DNA from: an uncultured virus (IMG/VR IMGVR_UViG_3300050035_000427)
Taxonomy: Duplodnaviria > Heunggongvirae > Uroviricota > Caudoviricetes
IMG/VR virus record: IMGVR_UViG_3300050035_000427
Length of the DNA stretch: 64,000 nt
Strand: one strand, 5' to 3'
The translations under genes and the position numbers were made by a program. Below, in pieces: positions 30,630 to 40,528 of this stretch. A model generated the notes under the pieces. That model ran no database searches, was not told where the DNA came from, and saw only the letters and a program-made list of their open reading frames with translations. Within the stretch, counting starts at the first letter, position 1; every line of letters begins with the position of its first letter.

Positions 30630-31810
30630 TCCTTTTTTATGGGGACAGAAAGGTTCTAGAAGGCCGGGTGTGGTACCTTCTCGAGCTGTCTAGTGATAAG
30701 ACTGTTCAGTCTATCATGAAACGGGTCGGAAAGGCCATACCGAGCATATTTCGGGACCAATCTATAGAAATTTTCCTCCCAGTATTTGAGCGCGATCTCG
30801 ATGAGTTCGACATGCGAACTGGCAACTATATCTTTGCCAGATCCACTGGACTTACACAGTTACTTAGACTCAAGACCATAACTGGAATAGTGGGAATTGT
30901 AACTGAGGGCGAGTGTAATCGACCTTCAAAAGCCATCTTGGTTGAAGACGACTATGTTCAGCAAGTCATGTGCGATGCCAAGAAGGCATTCGATGACAGG
31001 ATCTTGGGGATCAAGGTCGGCAGTTTCGTGAGGATTCTCGATGGGGAGACCCGCGACTATTGTGGCAAGGTGACTGTGATTCACGACGGCAAGGCGGCGG
31101 TCCAGGTCGAGCTCAAGACGAAGCTGGTTATCATAGAAACACCCCTTCGAAATCTCATCAATCTTCCTCATGTCCCTCCGGAACAGCAGGTCTTCTACTA
31201 TGGACCTCTGGTGAAGGAGATGATGGACGAGCAGCAGGACAACGGTCGACTTCTGGTCGAGGAAGATCTTGAGTACGAAGATGAGATCCCGGTCGAGGTG
31301 GACATTCCTCTCATCACAGATGACATCAATCACCATTCCAGACAGAAGACCATCACGGCGCTCGCCAAGCGTTTGGTCTTTGAAGGAATCACTGAGCCGG
31401 TGCCCTTGGCTGCCAGAGTGATCACTGCCATCAAGGCTCACGAGGTCAAGGCCCCGAAGAATCTCTTCATCGTTTACTGCGTGCTGAAATCCTCTCTGAT
31501 GGACAATCACTTCACCAAGATCGATCCCACGATCAAGAACTATCGCGATGTCATACACAAGTTTGGCAAGTCATACAAGTTTTCTGCCAACGACATCGCG
31601 GAGATCGATCCAGAGCTTGGCATTCCGATCACAACCATTGGTGTTTGCAATGACGGACGATCTCGTGAGGCTCGTCTCAAGAAGCTGATGATGGCTTCAA
31701 GTAGTGAACCTGAGACAGTCCTTTGCATAGTGGAACCAGAGAAAACGATCATTCGTAGTATCGAGAATGAGCCTCACGAAATGCGGTTGCTGACTGCCGG
31801 AGTGAATTGA
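30626..31810 (+). CDS. NusG-family transcription factor with long C-terminal extension
   Basis: NGN-like WYLLEL...IFLPV...NYIFAR...GIVGIV; KOW-like IKVGSFVRILDGETRDYCGKV. Confidence 0.75.
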   Translation: MILFYGDRKVLEGRVWYLLELSSDKTVQSIMKRVGKAIPSIFRDQSIEIFLPVFERDLDEFDMRTGNYIFARSTGLTQLLRLKTITGIVGIVTEGECNRPSKAILVEDDYVQQVMCDAKKAFDDRILGIKVGSFVRILDGETRDYCGKVTVIHDGKAAVQVELKTKLVIIETPLRNLINLPHVPPEQQVFYYGPLVKEMMDEQQDNGRLLVEEDLEYEDEIPVEVDIPLITDDINHHSRQKTITALAKRLVFEGITEPVPLAARVITAIKAHEVKAPKNLFIVYCVLKSSLMDNHFTKIDPTIKNYRDVIHKFGKSYKFSANDIAEIDPELGIPITTIGVCNDGRSREARLKKLMMASSSEPETVLCIVEPEKTIIRSIENEPHEMRLLTAGVN

Positions 31811-32415
31811 TGGAAGTCAAGAGAGAAATTGTCCACAGGCTCACGTTTGTCAATGACTGCGGTTGCCAGTCCATACGAGAGTACAAGGATCAGATGTGCA
31901 AGGAGCCTATGGGTGGCAGCAAGTTCACAGCTTGTGATGTCCACAAGGCCAAATCTCAGGACGTCCAGGAAATCCTGGAAATGATGACCAATCAGGCTCT
32001 GGATAGAGAGGCTAGTAGCACCCCGGCTCCTCCTGTTCAGCATGTCTCCGGACCGGATGCTCGGTTTCCGTTATTGGGGAATGTCGTGGTCACAGAAGGC
32101 TCGAGCACTGTGGTCGCTACGGGCGGCGGAAAAGCAACGACCATGCATATGCCAAACATGCCCAAGAGGAATCCTGAAGACATTCTCAATCCTCGGACAG
32201 TTAGCCGCACAGTTGTAACCACATCCAGAAAATCCTCCAAGACAGCGGCTCCGGCTGCTCTCGATATGCATGATGAGGACGCTGCACTCTTTGCCGGCGC
32301 AGGATCGGATGCTCAGATGGATGAGGTAGAAGAGCACGAAGGTCTTACGGCTCTTCTGGACAATGGTGGCTTGGGTTCACTTGAAGATGATCCCGATCGC
32401 TCTACTTCTTCTTAG
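31807..32415 (+). CDS. Hypothetical protein
   Basis: Coupled to the NusG-like gene; Cys/His-rich N-terminus. Confidence 0.6.
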   Translation: MMEVKREIVHRLTFVNDCGCQSIREYKDQMCKEPMGGSKFTACDVHKAKSQDVQEILEMMTNQALDREASSTPAPPVQHVSGPDARFPLLGNVVVTEGSSTVVATGGGKATTMHMPNMPKRNPEDILNPRTVSRTVVTTSRKSSKTAAPAALDMHDEDAALFAGAGSDAQMDEVEEHEGLTALLDNGGLGSLEDDPDRSTSS

Positions 32416-32719
32416 CAGCTTCTCGTCTTAGAGAATTCCAAATCCAGGTTCTCCAAGCGGATTCGGTATCTAGAATCTGACTTTTCGAAGTCGGTTGAGG
32501 AGCATCGTCACACCAGGCGAACTCCATTCCCTTTGTTGTGTGAGACACCATCACGAGGGTTCCCCTGGGAGGATCTTTCACAGGTAGACCACCATGCTTT
32601 AGATCTTGAAAGAGGAGGCGAGCTACATCCATCCAAGTGGGATCTTCTCCTAACCTGTTATGCCTGATTTTAATGGGAATGATGGAGATTTCGTCTTGAA
32701 TTGGAGAACAAGTAGCCAT
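32402..32719 (-). CDS. Hypothetical protein
   Basis: gaggg RBS. Confidence 0.5.
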   Translation of the reverse strand: MATCSPIQDEISIIPIKIRHNRLGEDPTWMDVARLLFQDLKHGGLPVKDPPRGTLVMVSHTTKGMEFAWCDDAPQPTSKSQILDTESAWRTWIWNSLRREAAKKK

Positions 32720-32763
32720 ATTTATCCCTCAGAACTGGATACTCAGATTCAGCTTCCTTTCTA

Positions 32764-33718
32764 CTATCGTCTCGCGATGAAAATCTTGTGACCCGCAGGT
32801 TTCAGCGGCTTGTTTTCCGGCCCCTTGATGTATGCTTCGATGAAGATCTTCTTGAAAGATCCATCCTTGTACGGCTGATTCCGCCAGTGTCCACTGACTT
32901 CCCATTGCCATTGCCAGTCTACCGGGTGCAGTTCGTCACTCTTGGGACGATCCTCTTCCAATCGGCGAAGGCTGATCACTCTGACATCAGGAGAGATCTT
33001 CTCGTTGGCACGCTCGTGACGGCGGCGGGTGGGACGGTCGACGGGAACGGAAGTGTGATGAGAGAGTCGCTGGGCCATGAGATACTGAGCAGCATACACC
33101 CAGCGCATCTCATGCTTCATGTCAGATTCGCGACCCTTCAAGTATGCTCCCATTCCAAAGGATTTGGACTCGAAGTCGTGGATCCTGTCGATCAGTTTGT
33201 CGCCTTGGGAGAGAGTGAAGTGTGACCAGCAGCCGAACCCGGTCTTTCCGGGCATATAGCTCTCGAAATCTTGGTAGCAGAGGAAGTACATCTTGGTCTC
33301 AGAGACTTTGAACCATCCCAAGGCAGAGACCCTGAGACCAGTCCCTCCAATTTCGCTCTTATAACGGGATCCTCCAGTCCAGGATTTTGCAACTCCGGAT
33401 TGGGAACTTCGAAGGGAACTTCAATCCACATCCATCCTTGGGGAGAATGGACCCAGGACATCTCGAACTCGATGTCGTCTGGGATGGTGGATCGTGCGTT
33501 CTCTACCAGAGAGCAGAAGTTCTTGTTCATGAAGAAGGTGTCGCCGGTTTCCAATGCGTGTTGGTATGCGGGAAGAGCCTCTAGATATGAGGATGCAGCT
33601 TTTGGCCATCCCGATTGGCAATCCTGGTGATGTGATTCCAGGCCGGTCCTCCCTCTATTCTGGCCCATTTGAGCCAACGGAAGCGGACTTCGATCGCATT
33701 GATGTACTCGCTCTTCAT
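32764..33718 (-). pseudogene. Phage protein split by two frameshifts
   Basis: Adding 1 nt near 33584 and 1 nt near 33352 joins three frames into 318 aa containing WEVSGHWRNQPY...YIKGP. Confidence 0.7.
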
Positions 33719-34057
33719 CTTACTCTCACAATTTCTCCAGTTGGTCTCTTCTCAAGGAACTTGACACAGACGTCCCAAAATAGAGCATCGGGGTGATTCA
33801 GGTAGGCACCTGCCAGCAAGCCAAACAACAGAGCCAAAGTGGTCTGCTCGTTGGTTATCACCGCAGCGGCGATGTAGCGGCAGTCGCTAGAATCTCGCAC
33901 TACCAATTTCCTCCGGCAGTATCAGCTTCTCCAAACGTGCAGGGACCGCACATTCCGGTGGCAGGAACAACTGGAGTCTCGCCACAGACTTCGCACTTTC
34001 TGGTCCAGTCTGGCGTTGTGTCAGTTTCGCGCGGCTTCTTCGTGGGTTTCTTCTTGC

Positions 34058-34390
34058 TCATTTGTTATCCAAAATTCCGGAATCGTCGATCAGGGTTTCC
34101 ATCTGGTCAACTTCCTGCTTCATCTTGCGAAAGCTGGGAGAGAAGATGCAATGGATCCAATCTGGCGAATTCTGAACCAGCCAGGTCCAGGTCTTGATGT
34201 GAAGTGGTGCAGGCTTGATGCCTCGAGTGAGCAGCAACGCTGCATCACCGACTACATTGAGGGGTGCTTTGAGCTCGTACAATCTCTGAAGCCGGTCAAG
34301 TCTTGATCGAAAGACGTGGTCTGGCACCCTGAGTTCGTTCATAAACCTTTGCATAAATAGACCTCTCCATGTCTCCCCTCCATTCCTCAT
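34058..34390 (-). CDS. Hypothetical protein
   Basis: ORF in minus-strand small-gene block. Confidence 0.5.
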   Translation of the reverse strand: MRNGGETWRGLFMQRFMNELRVPDHVFRSRLDRLQRLYELKAPLNVVGDAALLLTRGIKPAPLHIKTWTWLVQNSPDWIHCIFSPSFRKMKQEVDQMETLIDDSGILDNK

Positions 34391-34483
34391 CTACGCGAGG
34401 TCTGATCAAAATCGGGTAATCAGATGCTATCCCAAAACCGCCAGAAGATGATAGCCATTCGTTGGCGAAGTCTGTGAATTTTG

Positions 34484-34882
34484 CTAAACCTCATTTGATC
34501 CTTCTTTCTTCAACCATGAGAAGCCTTGGGTTTCTTCGTTCCAGTGACAACTGGAATCCGTTTCAGCTAACTCTCTGAGGTGATTGGCCAAGTGAGGATT
34601 GTTCACGCTCTCCACATAGACCCCTTGATATGTCTTGCCACAGCTCTTCTTGAAGAGTTCGAAAGTCTGTTTGAAGAGGCCGCGCCCACGCATTTCCTTG
34701 ATCACTGTGATATTGGCAAGGTCGATGAAGAGGTACAGGTGGCGATTCACCATGTGATGACCCTTGCGAACATAGACAGAAAGCTGTCCAGTCGTCAGCC
34801 ACTCATTCTTCGCATGAGGAGAGGCAAGGAACTTCTCCAACAGAGTTCGGAGCGAACGATCCAGCTTGATGGGCTCAACCAT
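34484..34882 (-). CDS. GNAT-fold-like protein
   Basis: DLANITV..EMRGRGLF...VYVESVNNPHL. Confidence 0.6.
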   Translation of the reverse strand: MVEPIKLDRSLRTLLEKFLASPHAKNEWLTTGQLSVYVRKGHHMVNRHLYLFIDLANITVIKEMRGRGLFKQTFELFKKSCGKTYQGVYVESVNNPHLANHLRELAETDSSCHWNEETQGFSWLKKEGSNEV

Positions 34883-34956
34883 ACGATCACTCTACGCATC
34901 AGATGATGTAAACCGTTAGTGTGAAATGACTATCACAACCCAGATAGAAGGAATTT

Positions 34957-35679
34957 ATGCTCACAAAACTCCTGAACAAGTCATCTGCAGTGAGGCCCCG
35001 GTCAGTGCTTCGTAGCACAGATCGGAATTACATGCGCCTCTTGAACGACGGTGCTCACTTCACGCGTGAGACCAGGAAGTCCAATGGGAGCCAGCAACTT
35101 CGCTGTGTACTTTCTGATGGAGATACTAGAGTTCTCACTTCAGCAGTCTTTTATGACATGCTGGAGCGCGGCCTGATCGAGATTGGCAACACTGAAATGG
35201 GAGATAATCAAGCCACAGACTTCTTCACCATCAGTGGAAAAGGCAAGAAGATCCTTGAGGGTGAGGATCCATACGCTCCTGTGCTTCCTGAAGATGAGCC
35301 TGAGCAGACGTCAGAGATGCCTGATGAGATAGTGCCTCCGGCCCCGGAATCTCCTCTGATTCCAGCAACTGCAGGTCTGAAAGTCAATCTCTGGAAGAAA
35401 ATTGCCGAGAACAGACCCAAGCTCAAAGATCTGAAAGTCATCTCTCAGGATGGTCGCTACATCGATCCTTCGGTTCCTAACAGCAACCTTGAGGTCTACA
35501 CAGCATTCGTGAAGTGGAGCGATGATGGAGATGACAAGATGGCTGATGAAGAGATTGACGTCCTGGCAAAGAGCGAACTTCACGCTGAAGAGATCGCTGC
35601 TGCAGCCATGAGACAGGATTACGAGCCTGGTGGCAGGATCATCGGTATCAGACAGAGGATTCGCGGAACTTATTATTGA
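34957..35679 (+). CDS. Hypothetical protein
   Basis: aagga RBS; 240 aa. Confidence 0.6.
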   Translation: MLTKLLNKSSAVRPRSVLRSTDRNYMRLLNDGAHFTRETRKSNGSQQLRCVLSDGDTRVLTSAVFYDMLERGLIEIGNTEMGDNQATDFFTISGKGKKILEGEDPYAPVLPEDEPEQTSEMPDEIVPPAPESPLIPATAGLKVNLWKKIAENRPKLKDLKVISQDGRYIDPSVPNSNLEVYTAFVKWSDDGDDKMADEEIDVLAKSELHAEEIAAAAMRQDYEPGGRIIGIRQRIRGTYY

Positions 35680-35735
35680 CATCAGTGATCTAGTAAAGCG
35701 ATTTAACGATTGATGAACATCGGAAGGAGGCTGTT

Positions 35736-36110
35736 ATGGCCCCTATCATCACTCTAAAGAACTGGTTCCGGAAGGATTTGCGTTATGCAAACTGGGACCG
35801 CGACGTGGAGATTCTAAAGGACACTGAAACTGAGTGCTCCATTAGAGTTTACACGGATACACACAGCTATCGCATCGGAGCCATGGTTCGTGAAGACGGA
35901 ACTGGCTATCTCGGATGTGAGGCTTCTACTCGGAAGCCCAGGGCTGGAGAAGACCACACTCGTGGCAACGATCTTCCCGATGGTCTGTTCACTCGTGCCA
36001 ATTGGCAAAGTATTCTTGGTTCGATTGTGGGATATGAGCTCGTGAAGATTCATCGTGAAGTACCCAAATCACCCGGTCTAGTGTCCGAGGAATCTGTCCA
36101 GAAAGTCTGA
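35736..36110 (+). CDS. Hypothetical protein
   Basis: aggagg RBS. Confidence 0.65.
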   Translation: MAPIITLKNWFRKDLRYANWDRDVEILKDTETECSIRVYTDTHSYRIGAMVREDGTGYLGCEASTRKPRAGEDHTRGNDLPDGLFTRANWQSILGSIVGYELVKIHREVPKSPGLVSEESVQKV

Positions 36111-36331
36111 CGCATCATAGAGTCCCAGCCGATTGGCGGCGACCTTGAGGATCACAAGCTGCTCCTTGGTGGAGTATTGCGCTTGCGGCTGCTTGGGGAT
36201 CGACTCGGCAGCAACCATGCGAGGATCGCGATTCGGTAAAGGGAAAGAACAAAGGCTTGCAGGATAAGGCGTGGAAGTATCGTTACTCTTATCACTCATG
36301 CTTTTCTCTACTGATGTGAGTTGCCAAACAG

Positions 36332-37084
36332 CTAACCACCAGTACAAAAAGGACAGATGGGACTTGTAAGGTTGCGATTAACGTGCCATCGAAGATGTGC
36401 CAACTTCTGTATCTGACCTGTTGCTGACGCTAGTTTTCCAGATTTGGAAGCGGCATATCGCTGATGTTCCGTCGTTCTTAGTGAGGAGAGTTGTCCATTT
36501 TGCACTGCTTTTTGACCGGATTTCTTTCCGTTTTTACGAGCTCTACCACTACGAACGTGATCTTTTCCAGCGGCTATTCCTGCCTTAACCTGATGCTCGT
36601 GAGTTCTTAGCCTTGCCAGGAGTCCAGATTCCACAGCGGCCTTCCCCAGCAATCTAGCATGTTCGATCTGACGTTTTCTTCCATGCTCATACATTAGAGA
36701 GTAGTTTTCCAGTTCTTGCTCAGTTAGGTGGGAAACCCAAACTTTGCGACTAAAATTACTCATCATAAATAGAACTCTTTGAAAAGGAACATATTTTGGA
36801 GCACAGCTTGATAGAAAGTAATGAGCCTTGAAATGATTGGCCGGTGCCAGGCATATCCTGTTGTTTGGGTCATTTCTGTACTGAGGAAATTCATTCTTAG
36901 GCAGAATGTGATGAAACTCTCCAGTGTCGGCTGTACAGAGGGATTCTAAAAAAGTGAAATACGATGAAAAATCACTCTCTGATAACCGATTAGACAAAGA
37001 CTTTCGTAGATAATCAAGTATTATCACAATAGGTAATACTGTTGTGAGGAGAATATCTTGCAAATTGGGTTCACCGGCACGCAT
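36332..37084 (-). CDS. HNH homing endonuclease (start uncertain)
   Basis: EFHHILPK...NRICLAPANHFKAHYFL; G/K-rich repeats. Confidence 0.75.
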   Translation of the reverse strand: MRAGEPNLQDILLTTVLPIVIILDYLRKSLSNRLSESDFSSYFTFLESLCTADTGEFHHILPKNEFPQYRNDPNNRICLAPANHFKAHYFLSSCAPKYVPFQRVLFMMSNFSRKVWVSHLTEQELENYSLMYEHGRKRQIEHARLLGKAAVESGLLARLRTHEHQVKAGIAAGKDHVRSGRARKNGKKSGQKAVQNGQLSSLRTTEHQRYAASKSGKLASATGQIQKLAHLRWHVNRNLTSPICPFCTGG

Positions 37085-37507
37085 CGCGGAATGACAGATT
37101 CACAGAAGACAGCAATAAAAAGTCTTCTCACGAAGCTGTATGCGGCGAGCTACGTCATTGATCGCGAGCACAATTTCCGCCACGGTCAATGCGTTGGTGC
37201 CGATGTTCAGTCAGCCGCTATGGCGAAGGAAATCGGATTCCGTGTAATTGCATTTCCCGGATATCCTCCCGATAACCCGACCAACATGTCCAATCGGGGA
37301 GGGTTCGATGGCAACGATGAGGTCATGCCAGAAGGTGCTTTCCTAGAACGCGATCATCTCATCGTAGACGCTTCCACCACCATGATTGCCACCCCGGCTC
37401 AACAGCATGAAGTCCTGAGATCTGGAACTTGGGCCACTGTTCGCTATGCTCGTAAGAAGGGCAAAATTGTGATCATCGTTGCTCCGGATGGAGAGATGTC
37501 TGTATGA
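37058..37507 (+). CDS. SLOG superfamily (YspA/DprA-like) nucleotide-binding protein
   Basis: IGFTGTH, HGQCVGAD, ERDHLIVD, SGTWATVRYA. Confidence 0.75.
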   Translation: MQIGFTGTHRGMTDSQKTAIKSLLTKLYAASYVIDREHNFRHGQCVGADVQSAAMAKEIGFRVIAFPGYPPDNPTNMSNRGGFDGNDEVMPEGAFLERDHLIVDASTTMIATPAQQHEVLRSGTWATVRYARKKGKIVIIVAPDGEMSV

Positions 37508-37848
37508 GGCGTCGTGCAGTGCACAACAAACCCTTTCTCTACTTTCGCAGTGGATACTGGTATGTTCAGATCGGAAAGAGAAACTGGACAGCGTGGAGAT
37601 TTGACTGGGCTCTCCATCTGGTGAAGGAGTACTGGCGTCGTAAGAACCTGGAACAGTTGATGAGAGAACGAGGTCATGTTGACGTATGAAGTACCCAGTC
37701 TGCGCGGCCTGCAAGGGAAAGGGAGAAGTTCCTTGGAGCAGTCGATATGCCGCTGACGCCAACGGGGAATTCTCCATGTCTGGCGAGATCAGAGAAGAGA
37801 AGACCTCTGTGTGTAAAGTGTGCCATGGAACAGGAAATGGGAAACTGA

Positions 37849-38394
37849 ATGAGAATCACTGAGAAGTACACTTTCTTCTATGGCACCAACGACATCTACT
37901 CCAACTTCCACCCGGCTCCCTTTGTTACCGATGTGATCGAGCTTGGTCTGATCAAGCAGTCATTCCCCGATTCCGAGCATTACTTCATGCTCTGCAAGGC
38001 TCTCTACTTTCATGATCTTCGGACTGCCAAGCGAATCATCACTGCTGAGACTCCAGCCATCGCCAAGGCCCTGGGTCGTGTGGTGACCAACTTCAACAAA
38101 GAAGTTTGGGATGCTGCTTCCCGGGAGTGGATGGACCTGGCTTGCTATTTCAAGTTCAGTCAGAATCCGGAACTCCTCAAGCAGCTACTGTCCACCAAAG
38201 GGACCATCTTGGTAGAAGCCTCACCCACGGACACTCTTTGGGGAGTGGGCATGAATTACTACGATGATCGGATCCTTGACCCGGCGAATTGGCGCGGCAA
38301 GAACTGGTTGGGAGAGGTCCTTACGGCTCTTCGTGATCGCTATCTATCTGGATTATTGAACACAAAATACCCGATCCCCTCTAGTTCGACGTAG
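37849..38394 (+). CDS. NADAR (YbiA-like) family protein
   Basis: SNFH, SEHYFM, KALGR, KFSQNPEL, VEASPTDTLWGVG, WRGKNWLG. Confidence 0.92.
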   Translation: MRITEKYTFFYGTNDIYSNFHPAPFVTDVIELGLIKQSFPDSEHYFMLCKALYFHDLRTAKRIITAETPAIAKALGRVVTNFNKEVWDAASREWMDLACYFKFSQNPELLKQLLSTKGTILVEASPTDTLWGVGMNYYDDRILDPANWRGKNWLGEVLTALRDRYLSGLLNTKYPIPSSST

Positions 38395-38407
38395 AGGGAT
38401 CTTAGAT

Positions 38408-38968
38408 ATGAGTTCTAGATTTCAAAACGTGTACATATTCCATGGTCAGGGAGAGACTCCTGAGGGAAATCCCCTGACATTGGAAGAAATGCTCCGGGCG
38501 AGATTCCCAGGTGTGAACTACATTCGACCACTGTTGCGTCATCGAAATCCATCGGTCACCGCCAAGGATTCATTTAGGGCAGCATCCCGCAAGACTTTCA
38601 TGATTGAGCCCAAATCTTTGATCATCGGATTTGGTATGGGTGGCTTGATCGCCGCCGCGCTCCAGGAAAGATTTCCTCTTCACGAACTATCCGTCTTCGC
38701 AATTTCATCTCCCACCAACATGCCAACTCTGACCCTCAACAAGAGGATCGAGGATTGCCGTGTCGCATTATACTCTCACTTGGACAAAGCAACAGAGAGT
38801 GCGACTGCCGGCTGGCCTGATCTCACAAACCAAGCCTACGACGTGTCTTGGATGATGTCAGCAACACATCAGAAGTACAGCGTTGCCACTGTCGTCTCAG
38901 CTTTCATGATCGATGAGTACATCGCCATAGCAGTGAAGAACGTGTTTGGAGATGACGATGCCGATTGA
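38408..38968 (+). CDS. Alpha/beta-hydrolase-like protein (YqiA-like), nucleophile Ser absent
   Basis: YIFHG; GFGMGG where GxSxGG is expected. Confidence 0.55.
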   Translation: MSSRFQNVYIFHGQGETPEGNPLTLEEMLRARFPGVNYIRPLLRHRNPSVTAKDSFRAASRKTFMIEPKSLIIGFGMGGLIAAALQERFPLHELSVFAISSPTNMPTLTLNKRIEDCRVALYSHLDKATESATAGWPDLTNQAYDVSWMMSATHQKYSVATVVSAFMIDEYIAIAVKNVFGDDDAD

Positions 38969-39515
38969 ACTTAAGACAGCAATCATTGTTGACCCGATTG
39001 GCAGTTCACTTGGAGATAGAACTCCAGAGGATGAGATCAAGCAACACATCAAGGATTTCTCCGAACTGCTTTCTCCAGCCAAGTTGAAGGTCTATTCTCC
39101 TTGGTCGTGTTATCCAGAGGATCTGCAGCCGGGAACGGACCTGGTGCTTTTCGACTACGGCGGGATGATGCTCGGGAACTCAATGGCAGAAAAGAACTCG
39201 TGGCATCTGGTCACCTATGCTGCAGATAATCCCAGTGCTCTCGTAGTCGTTGTCAGTTCGTTCACATGGACCAACGTGATGGCCTCCGAACTGGAAGCGC
39301 GGAAAATGCTCGAGGTGCACAACATCGTGCCACGTTACTGGGAGCCCAAACGTCGCTATGGAGATGTCTTTGGTGGCGAAAAGGAACCAGATGACTGGGA
39401 TTGCATCCCACAGTGGTTCCGTGACATGCACAGCCTTCCAAGAATTGACCCTTATGCGGCAACTGTAACAAAGCTAGTCACACCCAGTAAGATCAGGAGA
39501 ACGAGGAAGAAATGA
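38958..39515 (+). CDS. Hypothetical protein, possibly receiver-like
   Basis: AIIVD...DLVLFDY...VVVVSS pattern. Confidence 0.5.
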   Translation: MPIELKTAIIVDPIGSSLGDRTPEDEIKQHIKDFSELLSPAKLKVYSPWSCYPEDLQPGTDLVLFDYGGMMLGNSMAEKNSWHLVTYAADNPSALVVVVSSFTWTNVMASELEARKMLEVHNIVPRYWEPKRRYGDVFGGEKEPDDWDCIPQWFRDMHSLPRIDPYAATVTKLVTPSKIRRTRKK

Positions 39516-39754
39516 CTCTCAAGATCCCGAGAACGGGAGACGTTGTGTTCCGCATGCTCGCCGGGGAGATTGAACTGCCCCTGGTTGTCCACGTTGTTCG
39601 TGATGGCAAAGTGATCTGCGGTTCCTGGGAATTTGATCTCGCCACTGGTGCTGAGATCGATGACATGTTGGACTGGGGTCCTCCGCCCATGCAGACCGGG
39701 AGTTTCCTCCGGTTGAAAAACGGAGAAATCGAAGTTAGGTAGAAGGAGAACCAA

Positions 39755-40240
39755 ATGGCAAAAGACAAGGAAAACAAGGATTCAAATACTCGGCGGTGTT
39801 GTGCAACTGTCGCTGCGGCTCACTATCTGCACGGTCGGTTGGAACAGCAGATCGAGAGCTTTGCTTCACAGTACGATCTTCCCTCTGATGAACTCGTTTC
39901 CAGAGTGGGACTGTTGCTGGCCGGTGATTTCTTGGCAGAGCACACGGTTGCCCTCCATCGGGTGGATCTGGAAGAGGAACTTCAACAGAAGGCGGCAGAG
40001 GCTTTCCAGGAATTCTTCCAGTCGCAGCATGCTGCGAAGAAGGTAGCCAAGAAGGCGGCCAAGAAGGAAGAGAAGGCAGCCAAGAAGCCTCATCTCGTCG
40101 CCAAGACCAAGGCAAGCTCCAGCGCTGGCAACAAGGACTACTGGGCCAAGTTGTCTCCCTTGCAGCGCAAGCGCGAAGTGGCTCGCCGCAAGAAGGTCTC
40201 GGTGGCCAAGAAGGCAGCGGCGGTCAAGGCAGCAGCCTAG
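39755..40240 (+). CDS. Protein with histone H1-like K/A-rich tail
   Basis: AAKKVAKKAAKK repeats; aggag RBS. Confidence 0.65.
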   Translation: MAKDKENKDSNTRRCCATVAAAHYLHGRLEQQIESFASQYDLPSDELVSRVGLLLAGDFLAEHTVALHRVDLEEELQQKAAEAFQEFFQSQHAAKKVAKKAAKKEEKAAKKPHLVAKTKASSSAGNKDYWAKLSPLQRKREVARRKKVSVAKKAAAVKAAA

Positions 40241-40528
40241 TTCCTGTTCGTTCGATAGGCTGAGTGCGAAGTGTGCTCAGCCGTCGACACCAGAAAGGAT
40301 CCTGTGATTACAGTAACTCCAAGTCAAAGTTCAACTCCACCCGATGAACAATGGGCTCAGGAAGTCTGTCTTATGGGTCGAGGATCCAGCTGTTGCAGTT
40401 TTCTTGGCAACAATGGTCACTGGGCATGCATGAAGAAGACAGAACTCGCCTTTTCCATAAATGAACGTCGTAGACTCCATACGATTGGCGCCATGGGCGA
40501 CAACTGTGAAGGAAGATCCTTAGAGTAA

